Source: Mobula hypostoma
Taxonomy: Eukaryota
Length of the DNA stretch: 64,000 nucleotides
Reading direction: 5' to 3'
Assembly (NCBI RefSeq): GCF_963921235.1
Contig: NC_086108.1
Location: 112,098,001-112,162,000, forward strand
In this document: piece after piece, positions 48,824-62,645 of the stretch
How positions within the stretch are numbered: position 1 is the stretch's first letter
Layout: each line of letters begins with the position of its first letter
Notes under the pieces: generated by a model
Database searches by the model: none
Seen by the model: only the letters and a program-made list of their open reading frames with translations
Told to the model about the DNA's origin: nothing
Translations under genes and position numbers: made by a program

Positions 48824-51719
48824 CAGGAAATAGGAAGTAGGAAAGCACTTTGACTGGCAGAAAGGCAGATGATTATGCCAGGAACTAAAGAAGTTTCTAT
48901 CTAAAGCCGTCCTGTTGTTTCCCCAGCAGAAGTATTGCTTTTTCTCTCCTTATTCACTGTGACATGCCATTGAGTCTGCAATAAACCCAAGGAGCTGGGA
49001 GGCTACATCTTGACTCTCGTGGTATTTTTGAGTGGAGTTTGACTGATTGTCGAGTGAAGTCACAACACCTCAGCGAGGGCACCTCTCCGCTCCTATGTCG
49101 CATGGTTTTGTGGTCTATACAAATTGATGTGGCATTGTGGTTGTCATAGACATTGCAGGCCAAAAGGCCTGTCACTGTCCTGTACAGTTCTATGTTCTAT
49201 GTTCTGATGGAATTTCAGGTCCATCTAAAGGGAGAGTGTGGAGATTGAGTAGAGCTCTCAGTATTTGGAAAATAGGTGACTGGACCAGAGACTGCAACAC
49301 CAGGGTGGAATGTGGATAGACGTGTGGCTGAACCGGTATCTGGAGTGTCTGTATACTCTCTGTACCCTTTAAACCCGCTGTGTTCACTCGACATTTTATT
49401 CTACGACTGAGTAACATGTAAAGACAGCAAAACAAAAATGTGTTAGGGTTTTAATATCCAATGGCCCAGAAAATCTGTTAGTTCTGAAATTGCATAGTTA
49501 TTGATCTTCAATTTAATCATGTTAATTCTGAAGATCTGATCAACTATACTACAGTATTTAGTCACCTACCCAGCCCCTTTTAGCTATTGCCTCAGTCACT
49601 GCATTGTAAACACTTTAAAATATTTTATAACACTTTACACACTCTAAATACCTGCTGCTATTTATGTATTTATCCACATTTTACTCTGTACCCATACTTT
49701 AACCTCTAGCTTTATTTTCATATTATTGTTTTAAGTTGAAGTTTAATTGTCATCAACCAATCATGGATATATCCGAATGAGGCAGTGTTCCTCCAGGGCC
49801 AAGTGCAAAACATATTATCACCATTGCAGATAGTCTATAGCACAAACAGGACATATGGTTACGATTTCAGAAAAGAAGACTTGGACCAGATAGACTGCAC
49901 CCCAGGTTCTGAAAGAGGTAGCTGAAGAGATTGTGGAGACAGTAGTAATGATCTATCAAGATTCTGGCTTGGTTCCGGAGGACTGGAAAATTGCAAATGT
50001 CACTCCACTTTTCAAGGAGGGAAGAAGGTAGAAGAAAGGAAATGATGTGCTGACATTGGAGAGGGTCCAGAGACGGCTCACAAGAATGATTGCAGGAATG
50101 AAAGGCTTATTATATGAGGAACCGATCGAACACCGGAGGGCAGTACCAAACGATCCTTTATTCTTTATAGTTGTTGAATGTTGTTTATTACTGCATGTTG
50201 CACCACACACCACTGCAAATCCCTAATTTCTGTAAGTGTATATGGCTCATAAAATTGATCCTTGAAAAAAGGATTATATTGTGAAGTAAGTTCTTTGGAA
50301 GTACAAGAATGCAATTCTTGTTTTTAACAGCCATTTTATGAGATGTTGATATAAAGAAGTAACTGTAACCAACTTGCATTACTATGAGTCAGAAGAATAA
50401 AGGAAGAATTGAAGAAGAAAACAAAGAACAAATAACTCAAGGTCATCTTTATACTGAAGACTCCCTCAATTACACCCATATGATTAATTAATCTACTAAC
50501 CTGTACATCTCTGGGCACCTACAGGAAACCCACGTTTTCACGTGGAGAACGTAAAAACTCCTTACAGACCCAGGCAAGAATTGAACCCGCGTCTCTAGTG
50601 CTGTAAAGCATTCTGCTGCCATGCTGTAAAGCATTCTGCTGCCATGCTGTATTTCCTCTGGCTGCTTCAGGCGCCAATATAGCAAGACCACAGTTCACTA
50701 AACTGAACCTGTAAGTCTTTGGAACATGGGAAGGAACCGGAGGAAACCCGGCAGAGCAGGCACAGGGAGAATTTTCACGCTGCCCGAGCAGGAGGCTTCC
50801 CCACTCAACACAGCTGATGGGTCCAACAGAACGGCAGAGACCGATACAGTTTGGCACCAGCAGCATCGCAGGAGCTGCCAGTCAGCGTTGAACTCAATGT
50901 TGGACTGCCTTAGGGGCTCCAGCTCCAGATTTTTCCTGGGTGTTTACTACTGTTGGAATCTGTTGTTTTTTAAATTTTTTAAAATGGATTAATGTAAACC
51001 TGAAATTGTAGTTTAATCATATTTTGTACTTTTTTAAAAACCTCACATATTTTTTACAGTCTATGGTGGTTCATCCCCACCTACTGGTAGAAAGTGGTAT
51101 AGCAGCTATATAACGGTTTACCGCCTTTATCATTTTTCATTGGCTAATTGTTACAAGTGTGCAACCATTTATTCTTATCTGAGGAATTTTATTTATTATC
51201 TTGAATATAAAGCTGATGGGTTTCTCAGAATGCAATCTCTCATCTTTTTCTTTCAACTATTTGCCTTCTCCATCTTTGCTTTTCATTGAATCTCTGCTTT
51301 GCTTCTCAGCTCTTTCCTAAGTTTTAAACACCAGTATCTTTGTTTAAACTTTGAAGTAAATCATCGTTAAGAACTAAGACTCCTTGCCATCTTTGGACCC
51401 CGAAAAGAACCCTAAGGATCAGGGAAATAACAGAGATCCTACAATTCCAAAACCTTCCCCATGAGAGGGTACAGCTGAAAGGCAACAGAGGTTTGAGATC
51501 AGAATTTTCCTTCTCCTTAGTGAGCTGACAAGCCCCATCTGCCTGGGTAACAATTGTAAGAGCTGCTATAACTTAATGAGGAGATGTACCTTGGTCCCAC
51601 CGACACCTCCTTCACTGTCGTGACCTATAGCTTCCATGGGGACAGTGCATTAATATTTCAGCTGCAGAGTTCAAATATCATCTGGGCTAACACTGTGACC
51701 GCTCTGAGCATGTCAGCTA

Positions 51720-52348
51720 ACTGAATATAAGAGCAGGGATGTGATGTTGAGGCTCTATAAGACACTCGTGAGACCCGACTTGGAATATTGTGTGCAGTTT
51801 TGGGCTCCTTATTTTAGAACAGATATACTGACATTGGAGAGGGTTCAGAGAAGATTCATGAAAATGATTCCAGGAATGAAAGGGTTACCGTAATGAGGAA
51901 CATCTGGCAGCTCTTGGGCTGTATTCCCTGGAGTTCAGGAGAATGAGGGGGGATCTCATAGAAACATTCTGAATGTTAAAAGGCCTGAACAGATTAGATA
52001 TGGCAAAGTTATTTCCCATGGTAGGGGAGTCTAGGACAAGAGGGCACGATTTCAGGATTGAAGAACGTCCATTTGGAACAGAGGTGCGGAGAAATTACTT
52101 TAGTCAGAGAGTGGTAAATCTATGGAATTAGTTGCCATGAGCGGCTGTGGAGGCCAAGTCATTAGGTGTATTTAAGGCAGAGATAGATAGGTTCCTGATT
52201 AGCCAAGGTATCAAAGGGTATGGGGAGAAGGCAGGGGAGTGGGGATAACTGGAAGAATTGGATCAACCCATGATTGAATGGCGGAACAGACTCGATGGGC
52301 CGAATGGCCAACTTCTGCTCCTATATCTTGCAGTTTTATGGTCTTATG
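51720..52348 (+). mobile_element. CR1 3' end
   Basis: Degenerate EYKSRDVMLRLYKTLVRP...FSQRVVNLW, then a 3' UTR. Confidence 0.85.
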
Positions 52349-53168
52349 AATCTCAGGAACCACAAGGCCAGCCTCAGAAAACCCCCTAATGAAGACTAGG
52401 CTGCCACACAGTGGGACATTCCCACTGTGTTGCAACAGCCCTGAGTTCTTTAAGTTGAAACTCCAGCTGAAACAAACTCACAAATTTTCATTTGCATAGC
52501 ACCCTTCCCATTCCTTTCAGTGTGCCACAAAGAGCATCACAGCCTGTTGTTTTAGTGGGACCTAAGGCAGCCAGTGTCTGCACAGCAAACCTCCACACTG
52601 GTCTGAGTACACAGAACATAGAACTGTACAGGATAGTACAGGCACTTTGGCCCACAATGTTGTGCAGACTTTTTAACCCACTCTAAGATCAATCTAACCC
52701 TTTCCTCCCACATAGCCCTCCAGTTTCCCATCATCCATGTGCCTATCTAAGAGTCTCTTAAATGACCCTAATGTATCTGTCTCTACCACCAACCTTGGCA
52801 GTTCCATGCACCCACTACTTTGTGTAAAAACCTACCATCTCTGCTATACTTTTCTGCAGTCACATTAAAATTAGGCCCTCTTGTATTAGTCATTTCTGCC
52901 CTGGGACAAAGGTTCAGTCTGTCCACTCGATCTCTTTCTCTTATCATCTTGCACACCTCTGTTACTCTTGATGGGCCAAATGCCTTAAATCTTCTTCTAT
53001 ATCTCAAAGTCTAATGGAAACAGACCATTCAACCCAGAGTCCATGCTGGCTGCCAACATTTTTGCTCAATAATTTTTCATATAAATATTTTCTTTATTCT
53101 TTAAAATTTCAGTAGATGAGTATAAATAAATAAAAATATTTTAAAATAAAAACATTTACACCATTCTC

Positions 53169-53767
53169 CCAGTGGCCACACATTTTAATTTCACGTCCCA
53201 TTCCCATTCTTATATGTCTATCCACAGTCTCCTCTACTGTAAAGATGAAGCCACACTCAGGTTGGAGGAACAACACCTTATATTCCGCCTGGGTAGCCTC
53301 CAACCTGATGGCATGAACATTGACTTCTCTAACTTCCGCTAATGCCCCACCTCCCCCTCGTACCCCATCTGTTATTTATTTATATACACACATTCTTTTT
53401 CTCACTCTCCTTTTTCTCCCTCTGTCCCTCTGACTATATACCTTGCCCATCCTCTGGGTTCCCCCCCCCCTTTTCCTTCTCCCTGGGCCTCCTGTCCCAT
53501 GATCCTCTCGTATCCCTTTTGCCAATCACCTGTCCAGCTCTTGGCTCCATCCCTCCCCCTCCTGTCTTCTCCTATCATTTCGGATCTCCCCCTTCCCCTC
53601 CCACTTTCAAACCTCTTACTATTTCTTCTTTCAGTTAGTCCTGACGAAGGGTCTCGGCCCGAAACATCGACTGTACCTCTTCCTAGAGATGCTGCCTGGC
53701 CTGCTGCGTTCACCAGCAACTTTGATGTGTGTTGCTTGAATTTCCAGCATCTGCAGAATTCCTCGTG
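53169..53767 (+). mobile_element. Penelope-like element 3' fragment (end of GIY-YIG plus terminal repeat with a mutated hammerhead)
   Basis: Near-identical to about 21940-22540. Flanked by a 14-bp TSD TTTACACCA(T/A)TCTC at 53155-53168 and 53768-53781. Confidence 0.9.
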
Positions 53768-54037
53768 TTTACACCAATCTCATTTCATTCTCCCCACATT
53801 CCCATCAACTCTTCCTAAATTCCACCCATTACCCACACACTGGAGACGGGGATGTGAGGGGCAGGTTTTTTTACGCACAGTAGTGGATGCATGGAATGCT
53901 CTGCCAGGGGTGGTGGGAGAGGCAGATACATTAGGGTCATTTAAGAAACTCTTAGATAGGCACATGGATGATAGAAAAATGGATGGTTATGTGGGAGGGA
54001 GTGGTTAGATCGATCTTGGAGTAAGTTAAAATGTCAG

Positions 54038-54410
54038 TCCAACAATTCGGATATTATTTCGACGAGACTTCGCCTCTAAATCGACAATCTTGCGTTGAGC
54101 CTGTTCCAAGCGGGTTGAAATATCCACAATCTGACGTTTCGATTCTTTAAACTCAGTATTCAAGGAAACAATATTTTCCTCAACAGTCTGTAAACTCTGT
54201 CGGAACGACTTCAACTCAGAAGTGTTATTGTCTATTTTGTTGTCGAGACCCATCAACGCACGTTCCAAACGCTCAGCCCAGACAGGCATATCTTCCGATT
54301 TTTCTTTCAAAGTTTTTCCCTTTCCATTGCTGGGTTCAAGAAGCTGCTTTCCACTTCTTAAAGGATACGACATAATAACAACTATTTCCCTCCAAGATCC
54401 AAGAAATAAA
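54038..54410 (-). mobile_element. L1-clade ORF1p N-terminal fragment
   Basis: Coiled coil followed by KIVDLEAKSRRNNIRIVG, the L1 ORF1p coiled-coil/RRM junction motif. Flanked by a 38-bp direct repeat. Confidence 0.8.
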
Positions 54411-54824
54411 AGTGGTTAGATCGGTCTTGGAGTGGGTTAAAATGTCAGCATATCTTTGTGGGCTGAAGAGCGTGCACTGTGCTGTAATGTTCTATGATCT
54501 ATGAATGTCCTCTGCAGTTCATTCTACGGAGCAAACAGTGAGGTCTTGCTTAGAACACACAGTCCCTATTGAGTTGGTGATAATTAGAGTTTAATTGTGG
54601 TAATATACTGCTCTGGGTACGCGTCCAATGAAAACCAGATTGAAACTTGAACTGATTCCAGTTGTTATTTTTATAACGTCGGCAGCATGAGTGGGGGAGC
54701 TGAAGAAAGACAGAGAGATTTGGCAAACACGTTTCATGCTTAATTAAATGCTCCCCGAAAAACAACAGAGAGCCGTTCATGCGGTGAAAGCACGTGATGT
54801 TGGAACCGGGAGCAATATATCGCA

Positions 54825-56700
54825 CTACTGGAAAATGATGCTGGAGAGGTAGTAATGGGGGACAAGGAAATAGAGGACAAACTGAATAAGTATTTTGCAT
54901 CAGTCTGCACTGTGGAAGACACTAGCAGTATGGTGGAAGTTCCACGTGTCAGGGGACCTGAAGTGTGTGAAGTTACCAAAACTAGAGAAAACGTTCTTGG
55001 GAAACTGAAAGGTCTGAAGGTAGATAACTCACCTGGACCAGATGAGCTACATCCCAGAGTTCTGAAAGATGTGCCTGAAGGGATCATGGAGGCATTTGTA
55101 ATGATCTTTCAAGAATCACTAGATTCTGGAATGGTTCTGGGAGACTGGAAAATTACAAATGTCACTCCACTCTTCAAGAAGGAAGAGAGGCAGAAGAAAG
55201 GAAACTATAGGTCAGTTAGTCTAACCTCAGTGGTTGGGAAGACATTGGAGTCAATTATTAAGGATGAAGTCTCAGGGTGGAGACACATGATAAAATAGCC
55301 CATTGTCACCATGGTTTCCTCAAGGGAATATCTTGCCTGACAAGATTAGAGGGCTATGGGTAACCCTAGGTAATTTCTTAGGTAAGGACATGTCAACACA
55401 GCTTTGTGGGCTGAAGGGCCTGTACTGTGCTGTAGGTTTTCTATGTTTCTATGTTTCCACAAATCTGTTGGAATTCTTTGAAGAAATAACAAGCAGGATA
55501 AACAAAGGAGAATTGGTTGATGTTGTGTACTTGGATTTTCAGAAGGCCTTTGACAAGGTGCCATACATGAGGCTGATTAACAAGCTACAAGCCCATGATA
55601 TTACACGAAAAGTTCTATCATGGATAAAGCAGTGGCTACTTGGCAGGGAGCAAAGAGTGGGAATAAAGGGAGCCACAGGGTCAATATTGGGACCGCTTCT
55701 TTTTACGATGTACGTCAATGATTTGGATAATGGAACTGATGACTTTGTTGCAAAGTTTGTAGATGATTCAAAGATGGGTGGAGGGGCAGGTATTTTTGAG
55801 GAAGTAGAGAGACTACAGAAGGACTTAGATTAGGAAAATGGGCAAAGAAGTGGCAGATGGAAGACAATGTTGGGAACTGTATAGTCATGCACTCGGGTAG
55901 AAGAAATGAAAGGGTTGAATATTTTCTAAATGGAGAGAAAATACAAAAAAACTGAGGAACAAAGGGACTTGAGAGTCCTTGGGCAGGATTTCCTAGGTTA
56001 ATTTGTGGGTTGAGTCTGTGGTGAGGAAGGCAAATGCAATGTTAGCATTCAATCCAAGAGGACTAGAGTATAAAAGCCAGGATGTAATGTTGAAACTTTT
56101 TAAAGCACTGAAGAGGCCTTACTTGGAGAATTGTGAGCTGGTTTGGGCCCCTTATCTTAGAAAGGATGTGCTGAAACTGGAGCGAATTGAAAGGTGGTTC
56201 ATGAAAATGATTTCAGGATTGAATGGCTTGTCATATGAAAAGAATTTGATGGTTCTGGGCCTGTATTCACTAGAATTCAGAAGAATGAGGGGTGACCTCA
56301 TTGAAACCTATCAAACATTGAAAGGAGTGATAGAGTGAATGGAGAGGAATTTCTTGAGCCGGACAGTGGTGAATCTGTGGAATTCTTTGCCCGAGACAGT
56401 TTTGGAGATCAGGTTTTTATGTATATTTAGGGCAGAGATTGATAGATTCAGTCAGAGCATGAAGGGATATGGGGAGAAGGCAGGAGACTGGAGCTGAGAG
56501 GAAAACTGGGTCAGTCATGATGAAATGGCGGAGCAGACTCGATGGTCCAAATGGCCTAATTCTCCTCCTATATCCTGACGAAGGGTCTCGGCCTGAAACG
56601 TCGACTGTACCTCTTCCTAGAGATGCTGCCTGGCCTGTTGCATTCACCAGCAACTTTGATGTGTGTTTGTTGTTTGCTGCTCCTATATCTTATGGTTTTA
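54825..56700 (+). mobile_element. Old CR1 ORF2 with small nested inserts (CR1 tail at about 55345-55457; Penelope hammerhead piece at about 56575-56676)
   Basis: RT ORFs at 54855-55298, 55458-55833 and 56003-56338. CTCCTATATC is duplicated at 56565-56574 and 56680-56689. Confidence 0.88.
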
Positions 56701-58099
56701 TGCTCTCAATCAGCTCTACTTTATCATTTCCTGCTAGAGTCACCTTATGTACCCACACTCCTGTGCCTACCATCACTTTATGAACTTACAATCAATGTAT
56801 ACAAAAGTTAACATGTATTTATATTTATTATTGTTGTTTTCTTTATCTTTTTTTGTGGTGCATTGGATATGGAGTAACAATTATTTCATTCTTCCTTACA
56901 CTGGTGTACAGGCAATAATGACATTAAACAATCTTGAATCTGAATCTACTCACTGGAGCTCAGGAGAATGAGGATTGATCTTACAGAGGTGTTTTAAATA
57001 TAAGTGTTATTGAATGGGCAAACACACCCAGTCATTTTCCCAGGGCTGAAGAATCAAGAATTCATAGGTTTAAGGTGAGAGGGAAGAGATTTAATAGGAA
57101 CCCGAAGGGCAATTTTTTCCACTCACCATAGGGAACGAGCTACCAGAGGAAGTGATTGAGGCAGGTACATTAACATTAAAAGGCACTTGGACAAGTATAT
57201 TAGAGTCATAGAGCATTACACACAGAAACAGGCTCTTCAGCCCATTCAGTACATGCTAAACTATCAATTTGCCTTATACCATTGATCTGCACCCAGACGA
57301 TAGCCCTCCATACCCTTCCCATGCATGTACTTATCCAAACTTGTCTTAAATGCTGAAATGGAACCCAAATCCACCAAGGCTGCTGGCAGCTCACACCACC
57401 CTCTGAGTGAAGAAGTTTCTCCTCATGCACCCCTTAAACTTTTCACCTTTCACCCTCACCCATGACCTCAAATTCTAATTTATAAGACAGGTGACCCCAA
57501 CCATTATCAATACTCTTCAGAGGTTGTCTGACTGGTGTCAATAGCCACATAACCAGGACTTGTGACATGCACCAGCTGCTCATATGATCATCCACCTCCT
57601 GCTCCCACAGCTTCACATTGCCCTGGTCAGGGGTGGTGGTGGGGTGCTAAGCAGTTGCTATACCTTGTCCAAGGGTGACCTGCAGGCTAGCAGAGGGAAG
57701 GAGCAACTTACACCCCCTTTGGTAGAGATGTATCTCCACTCTGCCACCTTCACTGTATACCTCTATCAAATTTCCCCTCATTCTCCTATACTCTAGATAG
57801 TAATAGTAGGGTATTGGTCGAACACAAACGAATGGACTAGCTCAAATGGGTTGGCATAGACCAGATGGGCTGAAGGGCTGGTATCTATGCTATATGCCTC
57901 TAGGACATCTGAAAACCAGACTCTGCCTTAGTCTGAGGTGCCCTTTTCGCTAACCTCATAGGTAGCACTACTGTAGCAGAGCGGCAAGTGCGACGATATT
58001 ACAGCTCCGGGCATCAGAGTTCAAAGTTCAATTCGAACATCATCTGTAAGGATTCTGAATGTCCTCCCTGTGCTATGGTTTCCTCCCACAGTCCAAAGG

Positions 58100-59240
58100 T
58101 GTCCAACCTCTCCTTGACTGTCCAAAATAACAGGAGAGCTGATCGTGGATTACAGGAGGAAAGGAGACGGACTTGCCCCGATCAACATCAATGAGGTTGC
58201 AGTTGAGCGGGTGAGTAGTTTAAAGTTCCTTGGTATACACATTACCAAAGACCTTATTTGGACTGTACATAGTCATAGTCATACTTTATTGATCCCGGGG
58301 GAAATTAGTTTTCGTTACAGTTGCACCATAAATAATAAATAGTAATAGAACCATAAATAGTTAAATAGTAACATGTAAATTATGCCAGCAAATTATGAAA
58401 TAAGTCCAGGACCAGCCTATTGGCTCATGGTGTCTGACCCTCCAAGGGAGGAGTTGTAAAGTTTGATGGCCACAGGCAGGAATGACTTCCTATGATGCTC
58501 TGTGCTGCATCTCGGTGGAATGAGTCTCTGGCTGAATGTACTCCTGTGCCCAACCAGTACATTATGTAGTGGATGGGAGACGTTGACCAAGATGGCATGC
58601 AACTTGGACAGCATCCTCTTTTCAGACACCACCGTGAGAGAGTCCAGTTCCATCCCCACATCACCTACCTTACGAATGAGTTTGTTGATTCTGTTGGTGT
58701 CTGCTACCCTCACCCTGCTGCCCCAGCACACAACAGCAAACATGATAGCACTGGCCACCACAGACTCGTAGAACATCTTCAGCATCGTCCGGCAGATGTT
58801 AAAGGACCTCAGTCTCCTCAGGAAATAGAGATGGTTCTGACCCTTCTGTGGCAAAAAAAAAAGCATAATAGTGTCTCTTCCACCTCAGGCGACTAAAGAA
58901 GTTTGGCATGAGCCCCCAGATCCTCAAGACCTTCGACAGGGGCACCATTGAGAGCATACTGACTGGCTGTATCACTGCTTGGTATGGGAGCTGCACCAGT
59001 CTTAATCACTGGGCACTGCAGAAAGTGGTATGGACAGCTGAGTGTATCTGTGGATGTGAACTTCCCTCCATTACAGTAGCAGGTGATTAAAGAAGGTCTG
59101 GAAGATCATCGGGGACACCAATCACTCTAAACGTAAACTGTTTCAGTTGCTTCCGTCTATCAAATGGTGCTGCAGCACTAAACCCAGGACCAACCAGCTA
59201 TGGAACAGTTTCTTTCTACGATCCATTAGACTTATAGATT
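58100..59240 (+). mobile_element. Old Rex1/Babar fragment with a nested minus-strand Rex copy (about 58268-58848)
   Basis: VERVSSLKFLGIHI ... ESILTGCITAWYG flank an inverted ...LGGSDTMSQ copy. Confidence 0.8.
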
Positions 59241-60269
59241 CACATGGCTGTATATAGTGATGGAGACATTAACGCAAAGTCCAAAGATACAATATCCACT
59301 GCATCGCCTTTATCTATCCTACTTGTAATCTCCTCAAAGAATTCCAGGAGGTTCATCAGGCAAGATTTTCTCTTAAGAAAACCATGCCGACTTTGTCCTA
59401 TCTTGACCTTTAAATGTAAAAGAGAATGAAATAATTGTTACTCCAGATCTGATGCAACACAAAAAAACACAATAATAATAAAATAATAAATGTAAATATG
59501 TAAGATACATAGATTGATTGTATGTCCATAATGTGATGCTAGACACAGGAGTCTCTGTACTTAAGGAGACTCTGACAGGAAATGATAAAGTAGTGGTGGT
59601 TTGGGGTGTGGAAGAGTGGGTTAGGGGGTGGAGTTGATGATCAACCACTGCTTGGGGAAGCAACTGTTTTTGACTCTGGTAATAGCCTCATCCCTAATGG
59701 GAGTGGGACAAACAGTCCATGAGCAGGGTGGGTGGTATCCTTCATGATGTTACTGACCCTTTTCCAGCACCTTTCTGTCTTACAGAGAGTCACTGGTGAC
59801 AACGTAGCCAGAACTAGGATTGGGAAATGGGTCTGACTTAGGTAGACATCTTAGCAAGCAAGGACATGTCAGCTGAACGGCCTGTTTCCATGTACAACTC
59901 TGTTACCTTTAAGCTTCAAGTGGTCACATTATAACCACCACAGTAGCCCTGCCAATGTATTTCAGCTGGGGCCTCTTTTAAACACAGCAGTGTTTGTCTG
60001 AAGCAGCTTCTCCTATTGGTGAATAATGTTTGTGCATTCCTTTCGACACATGTCATATATTTCTCAACTTGCTAAGGCCATTTCTCAACAGTAACTTGGT
60101 CATGTGCATGGTGAGTGGATGTGCCAGCCCGTGTTTGGTCTTGATACAACTGCAGTTGTCAGTGATAAGTTTGCTGAAAAGCCAATCCAAATCTGATTTA
60201 TTATCACTGACATATGTCGTGAAATTTGTTCTTTTGTGGCAGCAGTACAGTGTAATACTTTTAAAAATG

Positions 60270-60545
60270 GGTGCCACGGTAGCGTAGTGGTTAATGTGAC
60301 ACTATTACAGCTTGGGGTGTCAAGAGTTCAGAATTCAATTCAAGCATTGTCTAAGAAAGTTTGAATGTTCTTCCCATGTTTGAGGGTTTCCTCCAGGTAC
60401 TCCAGTTTCCTCCCACAGTCCAAAGACTGTGATACTGGTTAGTAGGGTGATTGCTGATTATAAATTGTCCTGTGATTGGGCTAGGATTAAGTAGGTGGCT
60501 TGTTGGGCCAGAAGGGCCTGTTCCACACAATATTTCTAAATAAAT
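60270..60545 (+). mobile_element. V-SINE (HE1-like)
   Basis: A-box-like GGTAGCGTAGTGG, V-core GGGTTTCCTCCAGGTACTCCAGTTTCCTCCCACAGTCCAAAGAC, and a LINE-like tail. Confidence 0.72.
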
Positions 60546-60599
60546 AGGTGAAATTTCAAAAATAAATATATTAATTCATTCATTCATTCATTTTCTGCT

Positions 60600-60910
60600 G
60601 TGTCTTATGACATGGACGATCATGGTCCTGATCATGGTTGCTTTCGGCAAATTTTTCTACAGAAGTGGTTTGGCATTGCCTTCTTCTGGGCAGTGTCTTT
60701 ACAAAGTGGGTGACCCCATCCATTATCAATACTCTTCAGAGATTGTCTGCCTGACATCAGTGGTTGCATAACCAGGACTTGTGATATGCACCACCTGCTC
60801 CCATGGCTTCACGTGACACAGATCCAGGGGCTAAGTAGGTGCCACACCTTGCCCAAGGGTAACCTTCAAGCATACCTCCTTTGGTAGAGACGCATCTCCA
60901 GCCCACCGCC
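60600..60910 (-). mobile_element. Interspersed repeat, probably RTE-related non-autonomous element (related copies at about 57487-57750 and 63200-63490)
   Basis: Three similar copies in the window. The AGAAGGCAATG(G/C)CAAACCACT motif resembles RTE/Bov-A-type sequence. Confidence 0.55.
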
Positions 60911-62239
60911 CATAGAAATATATATATATAAAAGTTTAAATATATAAAAGAGAGCCACGGGGATCTGTCACCAGATTTATCATTGACTTGTATGCCGTGA
61001 TATCAGCAGTATCTTGATAAAACATAAAAATTACTATTAATTACAAAATTACTGCAAAAGAAAAGGAATAACTCTTCCATCATCTCGCAGTTCCAGAGAC
61101 CCTGTTCCACCCTGGACACTTCTTCTCCTCTCTCCCATCATCAAGAGGCAGGAGTAATTGTGGACGCTAGGGACGGATCTGCTCGCTCAACGTCTGACCC
61201 CAACTCTGCGGCTATGATCCAGGTGCGAGTCAATGGGTAGAATAAATTCAAATTCAAGGTAAACGGTCATTCAACCATGTGCATAAATATAGCCAAACAA
61301 AACAGCACTCCACCAAGGCCATGGTGCAAACTACAATACACAGCACATAGCAGTTACGAAAAGTTTGGCACAGACTAGATCGGCTGAAGGGCCTGTTTCT
61401 GTGCTGTAGTGCTCCATAACTCTATCATGCAGAAGATAGAGAGGCTTAGGAACATGTACCACCAGGTTCAAGGACAGCTTCCATCCCACTGTTATTAAAC
61501 TCTTGAATGGACTTTGATCTCCCAATCTGCCTGGTTGCAATTCTTTCCTTTTAATTGTCTACTCTCCTGCACGGTACTTTCTCTGTAACTTATATATTTA
61601 GGATACAGCATGGATCAGGCTTTTTCAGCCCAACAAGCCACACAGTCCTATTTAACCCTAGCCTAATCACAGGACAATTTACAATGACCAATTTACCTAC
61701 TAGATGGTATGTCTTTGGACTGTGGGAGGAAACCACACTTTCATAGGGAAGAACGTACCTTACAGACTGCGCTGGAATTGAACTCCAAGTTCTAGAACGT
61801 CCCAAGCTGTAATAGTGTATTGGTTAGGGTGACACTAACATGTTGCTCAACTGTGACACTATATTGTGCATTGTTTTCCTTCTATAGTACCTGGCTGTAC
61901 TTAAAGAATAAAGGTCAGCTTTATTTTGTTACATGTACATCAAAACATACAGTGAAATGCGTTTTTTGCATCAATGACCAACACAGTTTGACGACGTGCT
62001 GGGGGCAAGCTGCAAGTGTCGCTACGATTCTGGCGCCAATTTAGCATGCCCACAATTTATTAATCCTAACCTGTAATATCTTTGGAATGTGGGAGGAAAC
62101 CATTGGACCTGGAAGAAACCCATGCGGTCACAGAGGCAATTTACAAACTCCTTTAAGACAGCGGCAGGAATTGAACTCCGATCTTCCAGCTGCTGGCACT
62201 GTAAAGTGTTACGCTAACCACAACGCTACCTTGCATGAT

Positions 62240-62645
62240 ACGTCCACTTTCAGGTTGGAGGAGCAACACCTCATTCAGTCTAGGTTGCCTCCAACCTGAT
62301 GGCATGAACATTGATTTCTCCTTCCCCTCCCTCTATACTCTTCTATTTGCCACTCTGCCTCTTACATCTTCTCCTCAGCTGCCCATCACTTCCCACATGT
62401 GCCCCTCCTACTTCCCTTTCTGCCATGGTCCACTCTTCTCTCCTATCAGATTCCTTCTTCAGCGACCCTTTACCTTTCCCATCCACCTAGCTTCACCTAT
62501 CACCTTCTAGCTTGTACTCCTCCCCCTCCCCCATCTTTTTATTCTGGCATACTTCCCCTTCCTTTCCAATTCTGATGAAGAATCTTGGCCTGAAATGTCA
62601 ACTGTTCATTCATGTCCATAGGTGCTGCCTGACCTGCTGAATCTC
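62240..62645 (+). mobile_element. Old, degenerate Penelope 3' fragment
   Basis: RLEEQHLI...GCLQPDGMNIDF remnant and a degenerate CTGATGA...GAAATGTCAACTG motif. Confidence 0.7.

Noticed and set aside
48850..51700. Mostly unique-looking sequence upstream of the gene that might hold a promoter or non-coding exons
   Set aside because: No recognisable coding similarity, CpG island or convincing splice pair could be established by eye.
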